Below, piece after piece: positions 1 to 12,451 of a DNA stretch of 64,000 nucleotides. This DNA is from Chiloscyllium plagiosum (lineage: Eukaryota). A model generated the notes under the pieces. The model ran no database searches. It was not told the DNA's origin and saw nothing but the letters and a program-made list of their open reading frames with translations. The stretch covers positions 82,727,122 to 82,791,121 of the forward strand of contig NC_057718.1 in NCBI RefSeq assembly GCF_004010195.1, in the 5' to 3' direction. The position numbers were made by a program, and so were the translations under genes. Positions within the stretch are counted from its first letter, which is position 1; each line of letters starts with the position of its first letter.

Positions 1-3000
1 CCTCAGTGTGGACTCAGACCCCCGGCCTCAGTATGGACTCAGACTCCCGGCCTCAGTATGGACTCAGACTCCCGGCCTCAGTATGGACTCAGACTCCCGG
101 CCTCAGTATGGACTCAGACTCCCGGCCTCAGTATGGACTCAGACTCCCGGCCTCAGTATGGACTCAGACTCCCGGTCTCAGTATGGACTCAGACTCCCCG
201 GCCTCAGTTTGGACTCAGACCCCCGGCCTCAGTATGGACTCAGACTCCCGGTCTCAGTATGGACTCAGACTCCCGGTCTCAGTATGGATGCAGACCCCCC
301 GGCCGCAGTATGGACTCAGACTCCCGGCCTCAGTATGGCGTCAGACCCCCGGCCTCAGTATAGACTCAGACCCCCGGCCTCAGTATGGACTTGAACTCCC
401 GATCTAATTATGGACTCTGATTCCCAGTCTCAGTATGGACACAGACTCCCGATCTCAGTATGGACTCAGACTCCAGGCCACAGTGTGGACTCAGACTCCT
501 GGCCTCAGTGTGGACTCGAACTCCCAATCTTAGTATGGCCTGAACACCCAGCCTCAGTATGGACTCAAATTCCTGGCCTCAGTATGGACTCAGAGCCCCG
601 GCCTGAGTATGGACTCAGACCCCCGGCCTCAGTATGGACTCAGACTCCTGGCCTCAGTATGGACTCACACTCCAGGCCTCAGTATGGACTCAAATTCCTG
701 GCCTCAGTATGGACTCAGAGCCCCAGCCTGAGTATGGACTCAGACCCCCGGCCTCAGTATGGACTCAGACTCCTGGCCTCAGTATGGACTCACACTCCAG
801 GCCTCAGTATGGACTCAAACGCCTGACCTCAGTATGAACTCAGACTCTCGGCCTCTGTATGCACTCAAACTCGCGATCTCAGTATGGACTCAGACTCCCA
901 GTCTCAATTTGGACTCAGACTGACAACCTCAGTGTAGACTCTGACTCCAGGCCTCAGTATGGACTCGAAACCCTGGCCTCAGTATGGACTCAAATTCCCA
1001 GCCTCAGTGTGGACTCGAGCTCCCGATCTCAGTATGGACTCGAACTCCTGGCCTCAGTATGGACTCAAATACCAGGTCACAGTGTGGACTCAGACTCCCG
1101 GCCTCAGTATGGACTCAGATCCCCGGCCTCAGTATGAACTCAGACCCCCGGCCGCAGTATGGACTCAGACCCCCAGCCTCAGTATGGACTCAAACTCCCG
1201 ACCTCAGTATGGACCTGAACTCCCAATCTCATTATGGACTCAGATTCCCAGTCTCAGTTTGGACACAGACTCCCGATCTCAGTATGGACTCAGACTCCAG
1301 GCCACAGTGTGGACTCAGACTCCCGGCCTCAGTATGGACTCAGATACCCGGCCTCAGTATGAACTCAGACCCCCGGCCGCAGTATGGACTCAAACTCCCG
1401 ACCTCAGTATGGACTTGAACTCCCAATCTCATTATGGACTCAGATTCCCAGTCTCAGTTTGGACACAGACTCCCGATCTCAGTATGGACTCAGACTCCAG
1501 GCCACAGTGTGGACTCAGACTCCGGACCTCAGAGTGGACTCAGACTACCGGCCTCAGTATGGACTCGAACTCCCAATCTTAGTATGGCCCAGAACATCCA
1601 GCCTCAGTATGGACTCAAATTCCTGGCCTCAGTGTGGACTCAGACCCCCGGCCTCAGTATGGACTCAGACTCCGGGCCTCAGGGCGGACTCACACTCCAG
1701 GCCTCAGTATGGACTCAAACGCCTGACCTCAGTATGGACTCAGACTCCTGGCCTCAGGATGGACTCACACTCCAGGCCTCAGTATGGACTCAAATGCCTG
1801 ACCTCAGTATGAACTCAGACTCTCAGCCTCAGTATGGATTCAAACTCCCGGTCTCAGTATAGACTCAGATTCCCAGTCTCAATATGGACTCAGATTCCCA
1901 ACCTCAGTGTAGACTCTGACTCCAGGCCTCAGGATGGACTCAGACTCCCGGCCTCAGTATGGACTCAGAATCCCGGCCTCAGTGTGGACTCAAACACCCG
2001 ACCTCAGTATGGACTGTGACTCCCGGCTTCAATATGGACTCGAACTCCCGATCTCATTATGGACTCAGATTCCCAGTCACAGTATGGACACAGACTCCCG
2101 ATCTCAGTATGGACTCAGACTCCAGGCCACAGTGTGAACTCAGACTCCCGACCTCAGTGTGGACACAGACTCCCGGCCTCAGTATGCACTCAGACTTCCG
2201 ACCTCAGTATGGACTCAGACCCCCAACCTCAGTATGGACTCATACTCCCGGCCTCAGTATGGACTCAGACCCCCGGCCTCAGTATGGACTCATACTCCCG
2301 GCCTCAGGATGGACTCACACTACCAGTCTCAATATGCACTCAGACTCTCATCCTCAGTGTAGACTCAGACTCCAGGCCTCAATATGGACTCATACTCCTG
2401 GCCACAGTGTGGACTCGAACTCCCGATCTCAGTATGGACTCAGACTCCCGGCCTCAGTATGGACTCAGACTCCAGGCCTCAGTATGAACTCAAACTCCCG
2501 ACCTCAGTATGGACTTGAACTCCCAATCTCATTATGGACTCAGATTCCCAGTCTCAGTATGGACACAGACTCCCGATCTCAGTATGGACTCAGACTCCAG
2601 GCCACAGTGTGGACTCAGACTCCTGACCTCAGAGTGGACTCAGACTACCGGCCTCAGTATGGACTCGAACTCCCAATATTAGTATGGCCCAGAACATCCA
2701 GCCTCATTATGGACTCAAATTCCTGGCCTCAGTATGGACTCAGATCCCCGGCCTCAGTATGGACTCAGACTCCGGGCCTCAGGGTGGACTCACACTCCAG
2801 GCCTCAGTATGGACTCAAACGCCTGACCTCAGTATGGACTCAGACTCCTGGCCTCAGGATGGACTCACACTCCAGGCCTCAGTATGGACTCAAACGCCTG
2901 ACCTCAGTATGGACTCAGACTCCTGGCCTCAGGATGGACTCACACTCCAGGCCTCAGTATGGACTCAAACGCCTGACCTCAGTATGGACTCAGACTCCTG

Positions 3001-5160
3001 GCCTCAGGATGGACTCACACTCCAGGCCTCAGTATGGACTCAAACGCCTGACCTCAGTATGGACTCAGACTCCTGGCCTCAGGATGGACTCACACTCCAG
3101 GCCTCAGTATGGACTCAAACGCCTGACCTCAGTATGGACTCAGACTCCTGGCCTCAGGATGGACTCACACTCCAGGCCTCAGTATGGACTCAAACGCCTG
3201 ACCTCAGTATGGACTCAGACTCCTGGCCTCAGGATGGACTCACACTCCAGGCCTCAGTATGGACTCAAATGCCTGACCTCAGTATGAACTCAGACTCTCG
3301 GCCTCAGTATGGACTCAAACTCCCGACCTCAGTATGGACTNNNNNNNNNNNNNNNNNNNNNNNNNNNNNNNNNNNNNNNNNNNNNNNNNNNNNNNNNNNN
3401 NNNNNNNNNNNNNNNNNNNNNNNNNNNNNNNNNNNNNNNNNNNNNNNNNNNNNNNNNNNNNNNNNNNNNNNNNNNNNNNNNNNNNNNNNNNNNNNNNNNN
3501 NNNNNNNNNNNNNNNNNNNNNNNNNNNNNNNNNNNNNNNNNNNNNNNNNNNNNNNNNNNNNNNNNNNNNNNNNNNNNNNNNNNNNNNNNNNNNNNNNNNN
3601 NNNNNNNNNNNNNNNNNNNNNNNNNNNNNNNNNNNNNNNNNNNNNNNNNNNNNNNNNNNNNNTATGGACTCAGTCCTCCAGCCTCAGTATGGACTCAGAC
3701 TCCAGGCCTCAGTATGGATTCAAACCCCCGACCAGAGTATGGACTCAGATTCCGGATCTCAGTATGGACTCGAACTCCCGATCTCAGTATGGACTCAGTC
3801 CTCCAGCCTCAGTATGGACTCAGACTCCAGGCCTCAGTATGGATTCAAACCCCCGACCAGAGTATGGACTCAGATTCCGGATCTCAGTATGGACTCAGAC
3901 TCCCGATGCCAGTATGGACTCAGACCCCCAGCCTCAGTATGGACTCGAACTCCCGATCTCAGCATGGACTCAGATTCCCAGTGTCAGTATGGACTCAGAC
4001 CCCCGATCTCAGTGTGGACTCAGACTCCAGGCCACAGTGTGGACTCAGACTCCCGACCTCAGTGTGGACTCAGACCCCCGGCCTCAGTATGGACTCAGAC
4101 TGCTGGCCTCAGGATGCACTCAGACTCCTGGCCTCAGCAGGGACTCAGACCCCCGGCCTCAGTGTGGACTCAGACCCCCGGCCTCAGTATGGACTCAGAC
4201 TCCCGGTCTCAGTATGGACTCAGACTCCCGGTCTCAGTATGGATGCAGACCCCTCCGGCCTCAGTATGGACTCAGACTCCCGGCCTCACTATGGACTCGA
4301 ACTCCCGATCTCAGTATGGACTCAGACTCCCAGCCTCAGTATGGACTCGAACTCCCGATCTAATTATGGACTCAGTCCTCCAGCCTCAGTATGGACTCAG
4401 ACTCCAGGCCTCAGTATGGACTCAAACCCCCGACCAGAGTATGGACTCAGACTCCCGATCTCAGTATGGACTCAGATTCCCGATCTCAGTATGGACTCAG
4501 ACTCCCGATCTCAGTATGGACTCAGAACCCCAGCCTCAGTNNNNNNNNNNNNNNNNNNNNNNNNNNNNNNNNNNNNNNNNNNNNNNNNNNNNNNNNNNNN
4601 NNNNNNNNNNNNNNNNNNNNNNNNNNNNNNNNNNNNNNNNNNNNNNNNNNNNNNNNNNNNNNNNNNNNNNNNNNNNNNNNNNNNNNNNNNNNNNNNNNNN
4701 NNNNNNNNNNNNNNNNNNNNNNNNNNNNNNNNNNNNNNNNNNNNNNNNNNNNNNNNNNNNNNNNNNNNNNNNNNNNNNNNNNNNNNNNNNNNNNNNNNNN
4801 NNNNNNNNNNNNNNNNNNNNNNNNNNNNNNNNNNNNNNNNNNNNNNNNNNNNNNNNNNNNNNNNNNNNNNNNNNNNNNNNNNNNNNNNNNNNNNNNNNNN
4901 NNNNNNNNNNNNNNNNNNNNNNNNNNNNNNNNNNNNNNNNNNNNNNNNNNNNNNNNNNNNNNNNNNNNNNNNNNNNNNNNNNNNNNNNNNNNNNNNNNNN
5001 NNNNNNNNNNNNNNNNNNNNNNNNNNNNNNNNNNNNNNNNACCCCGGCCTCAGTATTGACTTAGACCCCGGCCTCAGTATGAAATTGGACTCCTGGCCTC
5101 AGTCTGGACCCAGAATCGCAGCGTCTGCGTGAAATGGGACTCCCAGCCTCAGTGTGAACT
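1..5160. repeat. 25-bp tandem satellite/minisatellite, consensus CCTCAGTATGGACTCAGACTCCCGG, interrupted by two gaps
   Basis: Continuous 25-nt periodicity is visible. It degenerates at 5041-5160. N gaps at 3341-3662 and 4541-5040. Confidence 0.98.
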
Positions 5161-5214
5161 CAGATTCCTGGCCTTACGGTGAAGCCCAATGCCATCTGGG
5201 TTGGATGGATTGCT

Positions 5215-5400
5215 GTTCTGAACTTTTAATTCTCTATTTTTTCTAATTTATTGCTGGCTTTTTATTTCTTTATTTTTCTAATTTTTTTTCCTTAAGTATT
5301 TGTACTTCCGAATCTGAGCCTAGGTATCTTGGTACCTAAGATGGCGCCGTAGATAATGACCTGTGAACTCATGTAAGTACATGTGACAATAAAGTTAATC
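5215..5400 (+). mobile_element. 3' end of an unclassified dispersed retroposon-like repeat
   Basis: T-rich tract, CCTAGGTA..GTACCTAAGATGGC and ...GTGACAATAAAG end. A homologous copy lies on the minus strand at about 17150-17490. Confidence 0.55.
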
Positions 5401-6440
5401 CTACAGGACAAATTTAAATTAAACATAGTCTTCTTTGTAATGTTGGTCTGTTTCCATATCTGCGGGTGAGGGAGGTAGGACAGAAAGTGACTGGTCCAGT
5501 CATCCTGCCTCTACCAACTCAGCTCATTGAGTTAATCAGCTGATTATTGCCAGTCTAGAGGGAGGGCAGCCAGTTTAGGGTACAAAGGTGGAATCCGCAT
5601 CCAATCAGGAGTCTAGACTGGGCTGTCAGACAGCATCAGAGTTCTGCTGTCAACAGCAAGATAGTCACAGCTACACTTTTGAAGTTCTCCTGCTCTCTGA
5701 ATCTGTCTCCATTGTTTTTTTTTCAGAGCTCAAAAAAGTAAAACAAAATGAACTCAAAGATTATCATGGGTGCAACCAATGGCCAACAGAAGCCTCTGTT
5801 ATTTTCATTGGATGAAAGGCTTTTCACTTCCTTCTCTTGTTCCACTTCATTATCCCTGCCATAAGACACTCCCAATTTATTTTCCATCTAAAATCCAGTA
5901 GACAAAGAAAGATTCCATCCAGTTGACTTCCAAACAAACTCAGTTGCTTGTTAATTGTGATTTAAAAACAGTGATGCATTTTCTGATTTCTGTGTCCATG
6001 CTCTGTAATAGTGATTACTGGAGTGATGATGTTTGAATGGTAACTCAGTTTCATCACACTGCATTTTGTATTTGTATAAGTGGGTGGCCTTAAAATCCAC
6101 CCAAAGGACTCAGAAACAGAATAAATACTAGAGCATTATAATCGAATCCAGGAGGGAAAAAAATACACTGATAAAATAGGAGGGCACCTTGAAACTTAAC
6201 ACAGAGAAGCAAGCCTATAGTATAACTGTGTTCATTATTACCTCTGCCTCTCACTATCTGCTACAGAAACTCTTACCCCTTCCTGATCTTACTAATGTGG
6301 GGTGTGAAAATCTGTTTACTTTGGTCATAAGAAAGGAAAAGCAGAACTTCCAATTTTAAAATATGTAAGAATTGTAAATATGGATATTCAGAGAGAGATG
6401 GGGCTGTGTTCTTACATGGCACACAGAATGTTAGCATGCA

Positions 6441-6668
6441 GTAACAAAAACAGAAATTGCTGGTAAGGTTCAGCAGAGCTGGCAGCATGTGTGGAGAGAA
6501 ATCAGTGTTTACATTTCCGGTCCAGTGACACTTCCTCAGAACTGCTCTGAGAAAGGGCCACTGGACCTGAAACATTAACTCTGGTTTCTCTTCACACATG
6601 CTACCAAACCTGCTGAAGCAGACCTGTTTTTGTTTCTGATTTCCAGCATCTGCAGTTCTTTCGGGTTT
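6441..6668. mobile_element. Penelope pseudo-LTR (family C) in inverted arrangement, with degenerate hammerhead cores
   Basis: Arms at about 6470-6540 and 6546-6616 are reverse complements. CTGAGAA-A-GGGCC ACTG GACCT-GAAA-CA-TT. Ends in TTTCCAGCATCTGCAG like other pLTRs. Confidence 0.65.
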
Positions 6669-7106
6669 TATTTGTGTGAGCATATAGGTACTGCAAGCAA
6701 AAGGCCAAGGTCATTTTGGCCTTTATTGCAAAGGATGTAGCGTGCAAGAAAAAAATCTTGCTACACCTGTGGCCTCTTTTGATCTCCATATTTTGTGGAG
6801 TAAAGGGTTAACAATAGCAATACTATAACAATAGTTACTCAGCATGTACGCAAGAAGCTATTTCATGATGATGTTAAGCATGATGGAAGAAGGCCTTTCT
6901 GAAGTCCTGCTGTGTAATGCCTCTGTGCACAGTTTATAAGCTAGGAATGTTAATGGTTTATGCTCACTTTGGGTTCAGCCCTCATATGTGTCAAACTCCA
7001 AATGATATTCCTACATGGCAGGAAGAGGATACCAGATCCAGAAAAAGGGCAGTAAGTGGCAAGAAAAAGCCAAAAGAGAAGCCCAGCAGCAGCAGACAGC
7101 AATGAC

Positions 7107-8040
7107 TGAGGGATACCAAATCTGGTGACACAGTGGACATTGGAGACGATTATCTAAGATTACAAAAAGATCTTCATCAGTTGGGTCAATGGGTTGAGGA
7201 GTGGCCAATGGATTTTAATTTGGATAAATGCAAAGTATTGGCATTTTGGTAAAACCATTTTTTTTATTGTATAAGATGTTGGTGAGGCCTCTTCTGTAGT
7301 ATCTTTACTCTATGATTCTATAAACAAAGGAAATTAAAAGTAGGGCCATGGATAGTGTTGTAGAACAGAGAGACCTAGGGGTTCAGATAAATAATTCTTT
7401 AAAGTTTAAATCCCATTTAGATTGGGTAGTTAAGAAGTCATTTAGCATGCTTGTCTTCATTGCTTTGAGTATAGAGCTTGGAATGCTATGTTGTGGTTGT
7501 ACAGGATATTGGTGAGACCGCTTCCAGAGTACTGTGTCCAGTTCTGGGCTCCCTGTTACAGGCAGGATATTATTAAGCTGGAGAGGGTTCAGAAAAGATT
7601 TGCCAGGATGTTGTTCGAAAGCAGAATTTGAGTTATAAGGAGAGGCTGGATAAGCTGGGACATTTTTCATTGGAACGTAGGCGGTTGAGAGGCGGTTTAT
7701 AAACCTCTATAAGGTGAATGATCCTAGGTATCTTTTCCCTAGGATTTCAAGAGTAGGTGAGAGGAGAAAGATTTAAAAAAAAGGCATTGGGGCAATTTTT
7801 TGTAAACAGTGAGTGGTTTATGTGGAGAATGAACTTGCAGGTGAAGTGGTGGATGTGGGTGCATTTATAACTTTTAAAAGATATGTAGATAAGTACATGA
7901 ATAAGAAACGTTTGGAGCGATATGAGCTGAGCACAGCAGGTGGGACTAGTTTAATTTAGGATTATGTTCAGCATGGACTGGTTGGACCCATAGGCCTGTT
8001 TCCATGCTGTATGATTCTATCACTCAATGACTCTATGACT
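7107..8040 (+). mobile_element. CR1 (HER1-like) LINE 3' fragment, degraded
   Basis: DTKxG and EYCVQFW-like remnants, (CTATGACT)-type tail. Similar to 28800-29728. Confidence 0.9.
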
Positions 8041-8543
8041 AGCCCAATAAATGGAGCACAAAGGTCTAAAACCATCAGTGATCATGCAGTGTCCGGCAGA
8101 GACAGTTCCTCGGAAGACAGCAGCCTTCAACTCAGGTGAGCAAAGAATTCCACCTTATCCTATTCAGAATGTAAAAGATCCCATACAAGGATCCCTTAGC
8201 AAGGATAGGTTCTGTGTAGGTCTTTTGGTGCCATTCACCTGGGAAGGTAGAGGATTGAAAATGCACCATAGCAGCAACAGGAGAAGCACAGGCGAAAGGC
8301 GACAACAGTCTTTTTACAATGTCCTTTCAATGGAAGAAAGGAAGTCCACAGGTGGGAAGATATTCCCACACCCCACCCTGCCAAAAATCATGGTTGCTAT
8401 AACAATGGAGATTTTAAAACAGTGGATACCTTCAAAACAAAAACAGCCTGCTTTTATAAAGCACAATTGTCTTTAAAGGAAACCCTGAACTATAACTCAC
8501 TTTTCTTGGAGAAGTCACAGATATTGAAAATTAATCGTCAAGA

Positions 8544-8688
8544 TTAGAGTGGCGCTGAAAAAGCAAAGCAGGTCAGGCAGCATCCGAGGAGCAGGAAAAT
8601 TGACGTTTCAGGCAGGAGCCCTTCATCAGGAATCAGCAACTCTAACCTTGACTCTAGTCTCCAATAGCTGTAGTCTTCACTTTTGCCT
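8544..8688. mobile_element. Penelope pLTR (family A) with inverted junction and a hammerhead core on the minus strand at 8602-8629
   Basis: Minus strand reads CTGATGA-A-GGGC TCCT GCCT-GAAA-CG-TC, followed by a plus-oriented pLTR tail. Confidence 0.8.
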
Positions 8689-8878
8689 AATGAAAATGAA
8701 TATTCGAGTGCAAACACTGAAGTCAATGGACATCACACAGATTTAAAAATTAGATGCTGGGCCAAGAGTCATTGCTTTGGCTGATGGATTTATGTGGCTG
8801 CAGTGTAGCATTCAGCTGTCAAACTGCAAGGCCCCCAGCTGGAATTAGCCTCAAAGTCAAAGGTCAAGTTCAGGCAGC

Positions 8879-9216
8879 TTTATTTTGTTCCTTCTCAGAA
8901 AGTGGGTGTCACTGGCAAGGCCAACATTTATTGCCTAATTGCCCAGAGGGCAGTTAAGTACCCACCACATTGCTGTAGGTCTGGAGTCATGTATAGGCCA
9001 GACCAGGTGAGGATGGCAGTTTCCGTCTGGAAAGATATAAGTAAACCAGATGAGTTTTTACCAAACATCAACACGGTCACCATTAAACTCCTAATTTCAG
9101 ATTGTTATTGAATTCAAATTCTGCAGTGGAAGAATTTGAACCTGGGTGCTCAGAATATTACCTGGGTCTCTGGATTAATAGTCTAGTGATAATACCACTA
9201 GGTCATCACCTCCCCC
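8879..9216 (-). mobile_element. Deu-domain tRNA-derived SINE (SacSINE1-like)
   Basis: Minus strand begins GGGGAGGTGATGACCTAGTGG (A box) ... GGTTCAAATTC (B box) and contains GACTCCAGACCTACAGCAATGTGG. Confidence 0.7.
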
Positions 9217-9239
9217 TACGACACAAAGACAACCAAAAC

Positions 9240-10110
9240 CGGCTCCTGGCAACTTCCCATGGATGAGGAATCCAAACTTCTAACAAGCTTGATAACACTG
9301 TTTAGACCTTATTGTCTCAACTGTCCACCTATTGGAATCACATCCACGCAGAATGGACCATGTCCAACAAATGAAAGGATTCCAATGACATTCTGATCCA
9401 TGGATCTGGTAAAGAGTAACATAACAGAATCAGGGAAAGTTTTGAAAATGTTACGTGAGGCTGGGTTGACATTTTAGTGACAAGTGTAAATTTTCAAAAC
9501 CAACGATAACATTTTTAGACCCCCCATTGTCCAGGCTACACAGCAGACACCCACAAAGGGTACGAATTCTTGCCATCCAGGAATATTACAGAACTCAAAC
9601 TATTCATGGTCACCATGAGCCAGGTGAGGAAACATTTTTCCACTTACTCCAGGTCAATGAACCTCTAAGGAAACAAGATCAGTTGCAGTGCAGGACCAAG
9701 CATACACAGACATCATTTAACTGAACTAAGACAATGTTTATGCTTTCAGAGTTCCTTGCATGTAATAACTTTAGCACCACCCACTGGACTGGTAAATTGT
9801 CCTATTCCAGATTGAATGTGATTGGTAAAGAGGACTTACCTATTTTGCTTTATACATTCTTACTGAAACTGATCAGTGATAAGACAGAAGGAAGTGATTG
9901 TGGCAACTTAAGCATGTGAGAAATTTCCTGACAACATCATAGGCCTTTCATTTAAGATTGGAACTGAGCGCAAACCGCTGGTAACATCACAGATCGCAAA
10001 TATACCACCCAGAGCCCAGCAGTACAACACGGTTGCAGAACATGTGCAAGGGACGCAGCAGACTGCTGTGGGTACTCTATCAAGAGCAGCCAGGGAAAAT
10101 GATGAAAATT
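9240..10110 (+). mobile_element. Old Gypsy pol relic (RT/RNase H)
   Basis: GSWQLPMDEESKLLTSLITLF resembles GFWQxPLDEESxxLTTFITPF. A TDHKPL-like remnant (TERKPLV) sits near 9964. Confidence 0.75.
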
Positions 10111-10119
10111 GTCCAGGAA

Positions 10120-10520
10120 TTAATAAAGGCTAGATAGGCTCGGACCTTTTTAACTGGAGTGTAGGAGGTTGAGCGGGGACCTTGTAGAGGTTTATATAAT
10201 CATGAGGGGTTAGGTAAGATTATTGGTAGCTGTCGTTTCTCTGGGAAGGGGGATTTCAAGACTAGGGGGTATTATTTTTAAGGTAAGAGGAGAAAAATTT
10301 AAAAAAAATGTAAGGTAATTTTTTAACACAGAGAGTCGTTCGTGTGTGGAATGAACTGCCTGAGGAAGTGGTGGATGTGGGTACAGTCACAGTGATTAAA
10401 AGACACTTAGATAAGTACATGAATAGGAAAGGTTTGGAGGGATATGAGCCAGGAGCAGGCAGAGGAGGACCAGTTACGTTTGCGACTATGCTCAGCATGG
10501 ACTAGTTAGACCATAAGGTC
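10120..10520 (+). mobile_element. CR1 LINE 3' end
   Basis: RRLSGDLVEVYIIMRG and VRVWNELPEEVV-like sequence plus the CR1 3' UTR. Confidence 0.9.
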
Positions 10521-10524
10521 TTGT

Positions 10525-10745
10525 AATCTAGTCTTGAAATCTCCCATCTGAAGGAAAAGAGCTTATCTATACGCCTCAATTTTATAAACCTCTATAAGGT
10601 CGCATCTCAACCTTCTGTGGTCCAGTGGAAAAATGTTTCAGCCCAGCCAACCTCTCCTTATAAGTCAAACCTTCAATTCCCAGCAACAACCTAGTAAATC
10701 TTTTCTGCACCCTCTCCAGCTTAATAATATACTTCCTATAACAAT
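10525..10745 (-). mobile_element. CR1 LINE fragment
   Basis: Reverse complement of the CR1 C-terminal region seen in other copies. Confidence 0.8.
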
Positions 10746-12023
10746 GTAAATGGAAGAAGGGCTCTTGAAAACCTCACACGGAGCAGGGTCTTTCAGGTGG
10801 AGCCTTTTTTCCCCCTCCTTCCTTTCTAAAAACAATAAATAGTTTGTTTGTATGCCTAGTCTTATTTAAGGTGTTTACTTCTATTTCTAATCTCCCAGCG
10901 TAACAATCCTGTAAGTGACTTTGATGAAATCATGAGTTTGGCCTTGTAATAAGGAAATGCAATTGTCAAATATGGACTAATGTCTTGGTGCCTGGTTCTA
11001 TAACAGATTGAACTCCAAGCTGCAAAAGAAGGCCAGCAATTGCACCTTGAATTCTGGCTAGTACCAGATTTGGGCACCAGTTAGCTCAAACACACAATAA
11101 ACAGATGCCAACACATTTCAAACACTGCTGTCATTGTTTGCAATCCTAAATTGCTTTTTTCAATGGATGGTTAGCGTTCGTTTCAACTGTCAGAGTGCTT
11201 TTGTTTGAAACCATTAGATGCTGGTTAACAAATGATGTTTCTGTCTCGTCTGCAGATATTGTACTTTTGATTTTTGACAATAAGGACCATTTGTTAGTCC
11301 TACAACCCTTTGGTAAGTATTAGAATTCTGCTTAATCACTGGCTATAATTAGTACAGCGACATGTTTATTGCAAGTCAGAAAGTTCATATCTGCTGAGTC
11401 AAAGTGGAAAAGTAACCCCTTAACTAAAGAAAGATAAATCTCAGTCTTCAATCAAGGGCAAGTTAATGAACCACTGAATACATACATTATTGACCATAAT
11501 GTACTTCACTAATCTTTTGTTATAGACAATCCCTAAAAGGTCATTGTGTTCTCGAGCCTTTTTCTGAGTGATGTTCCCACTTGCTGAAAGCATGAAGCAG
11601 TGAGATGACAACAGGATGCACTCTGAATTTGAAATAATCTTGCAGTGAATAATATGTCTTCAAATCGATTAAGTACAAAGTCGCACTGTTAATGGAGCCC
11701 TTTCAGTAACTCTCTAAATGCTGGAAGAGTCCACTGTCCTGACATATTCTGCTACTGCCTTCCATTAGAGAGAACAGAGACCTGTTTGTGCTACCAAAAT
11801 GGGCAATGACATCATTATCACATCATATGTGAACTCTTAAAGTGAAAGCCCACCACACACATAAAATACATCCTTCCTTCCTGCAATGAAAACATTCATG
11901 ATGTTTACAATCATGTGTGCAACAATAGGTCTGGAGGAGGTCCATTCCTGTGTACCTCTGAGTGCACCTCAGACGTCTGTTTATTTTTCTCATTGGTGTT
12001 TTCGGTATACAAGAAACATTATC

Positions 12024-12168
12024 GAGGCAAAAGTGAGGACTGCAGATGCTGGAAACTAGAATTAAGATCAGAGTGGTGCTGGAAAAGCATGGCAGGTCAG
12101 GCAGCATCTGAGGAGTTCCTCGGATGCTGCCTGACCTGCTGTGCTTTTCCAGCACCACTCTGATCTAG
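12024..12168. mobile_element. Fold-back Penelope pLTR (family A)
   Basis: About 50-bp inverted arms at 12065-12114 and 12117-12166. Confidence 0.8.
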
Positions 12169-12451
12169 AAACATCATCTGCCATTGTCTTTTCCTGAGAT
12201 GATTAAATGTTCAGACATTCACACAATGTCATGGTATTATAAACTAAGGTACAGTCTCCCTAAGATGCTCCAGTTACTAAACTGAGGTATATCAGGTCTC
12301 CATTTGGCTCAGTGATTTATAGATCTTCAATTAATGTAGTCCCTGACACATCCACTCTAGTTGCCAAGAGTTGATTAGCATATCTTCTCCATACTACATT
12401 GTCTCTTGTCTGTACAGTATAGGAAACCAGTCCAGTCTGTGTTATAATAAT

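Noticed and set aside
1..4540. CRISPR-like array (constant CTCAGTATGGACTC plus variable part)
   Set aside because: The variable parts are ~11-nt mutated versions of one sequence, not unique spacers. The context is vertebrate and there are no cas genes.
6..5132. Long ORFs of repeating MDSDSRPQYGLRLPASVWTQTPGLS
   Set aside because: A 25-bp stop-free monomer gives the same 25-aa cycle in all three frames. Variants add stops and frameshifts freely, and several ORFs run through N gaps.
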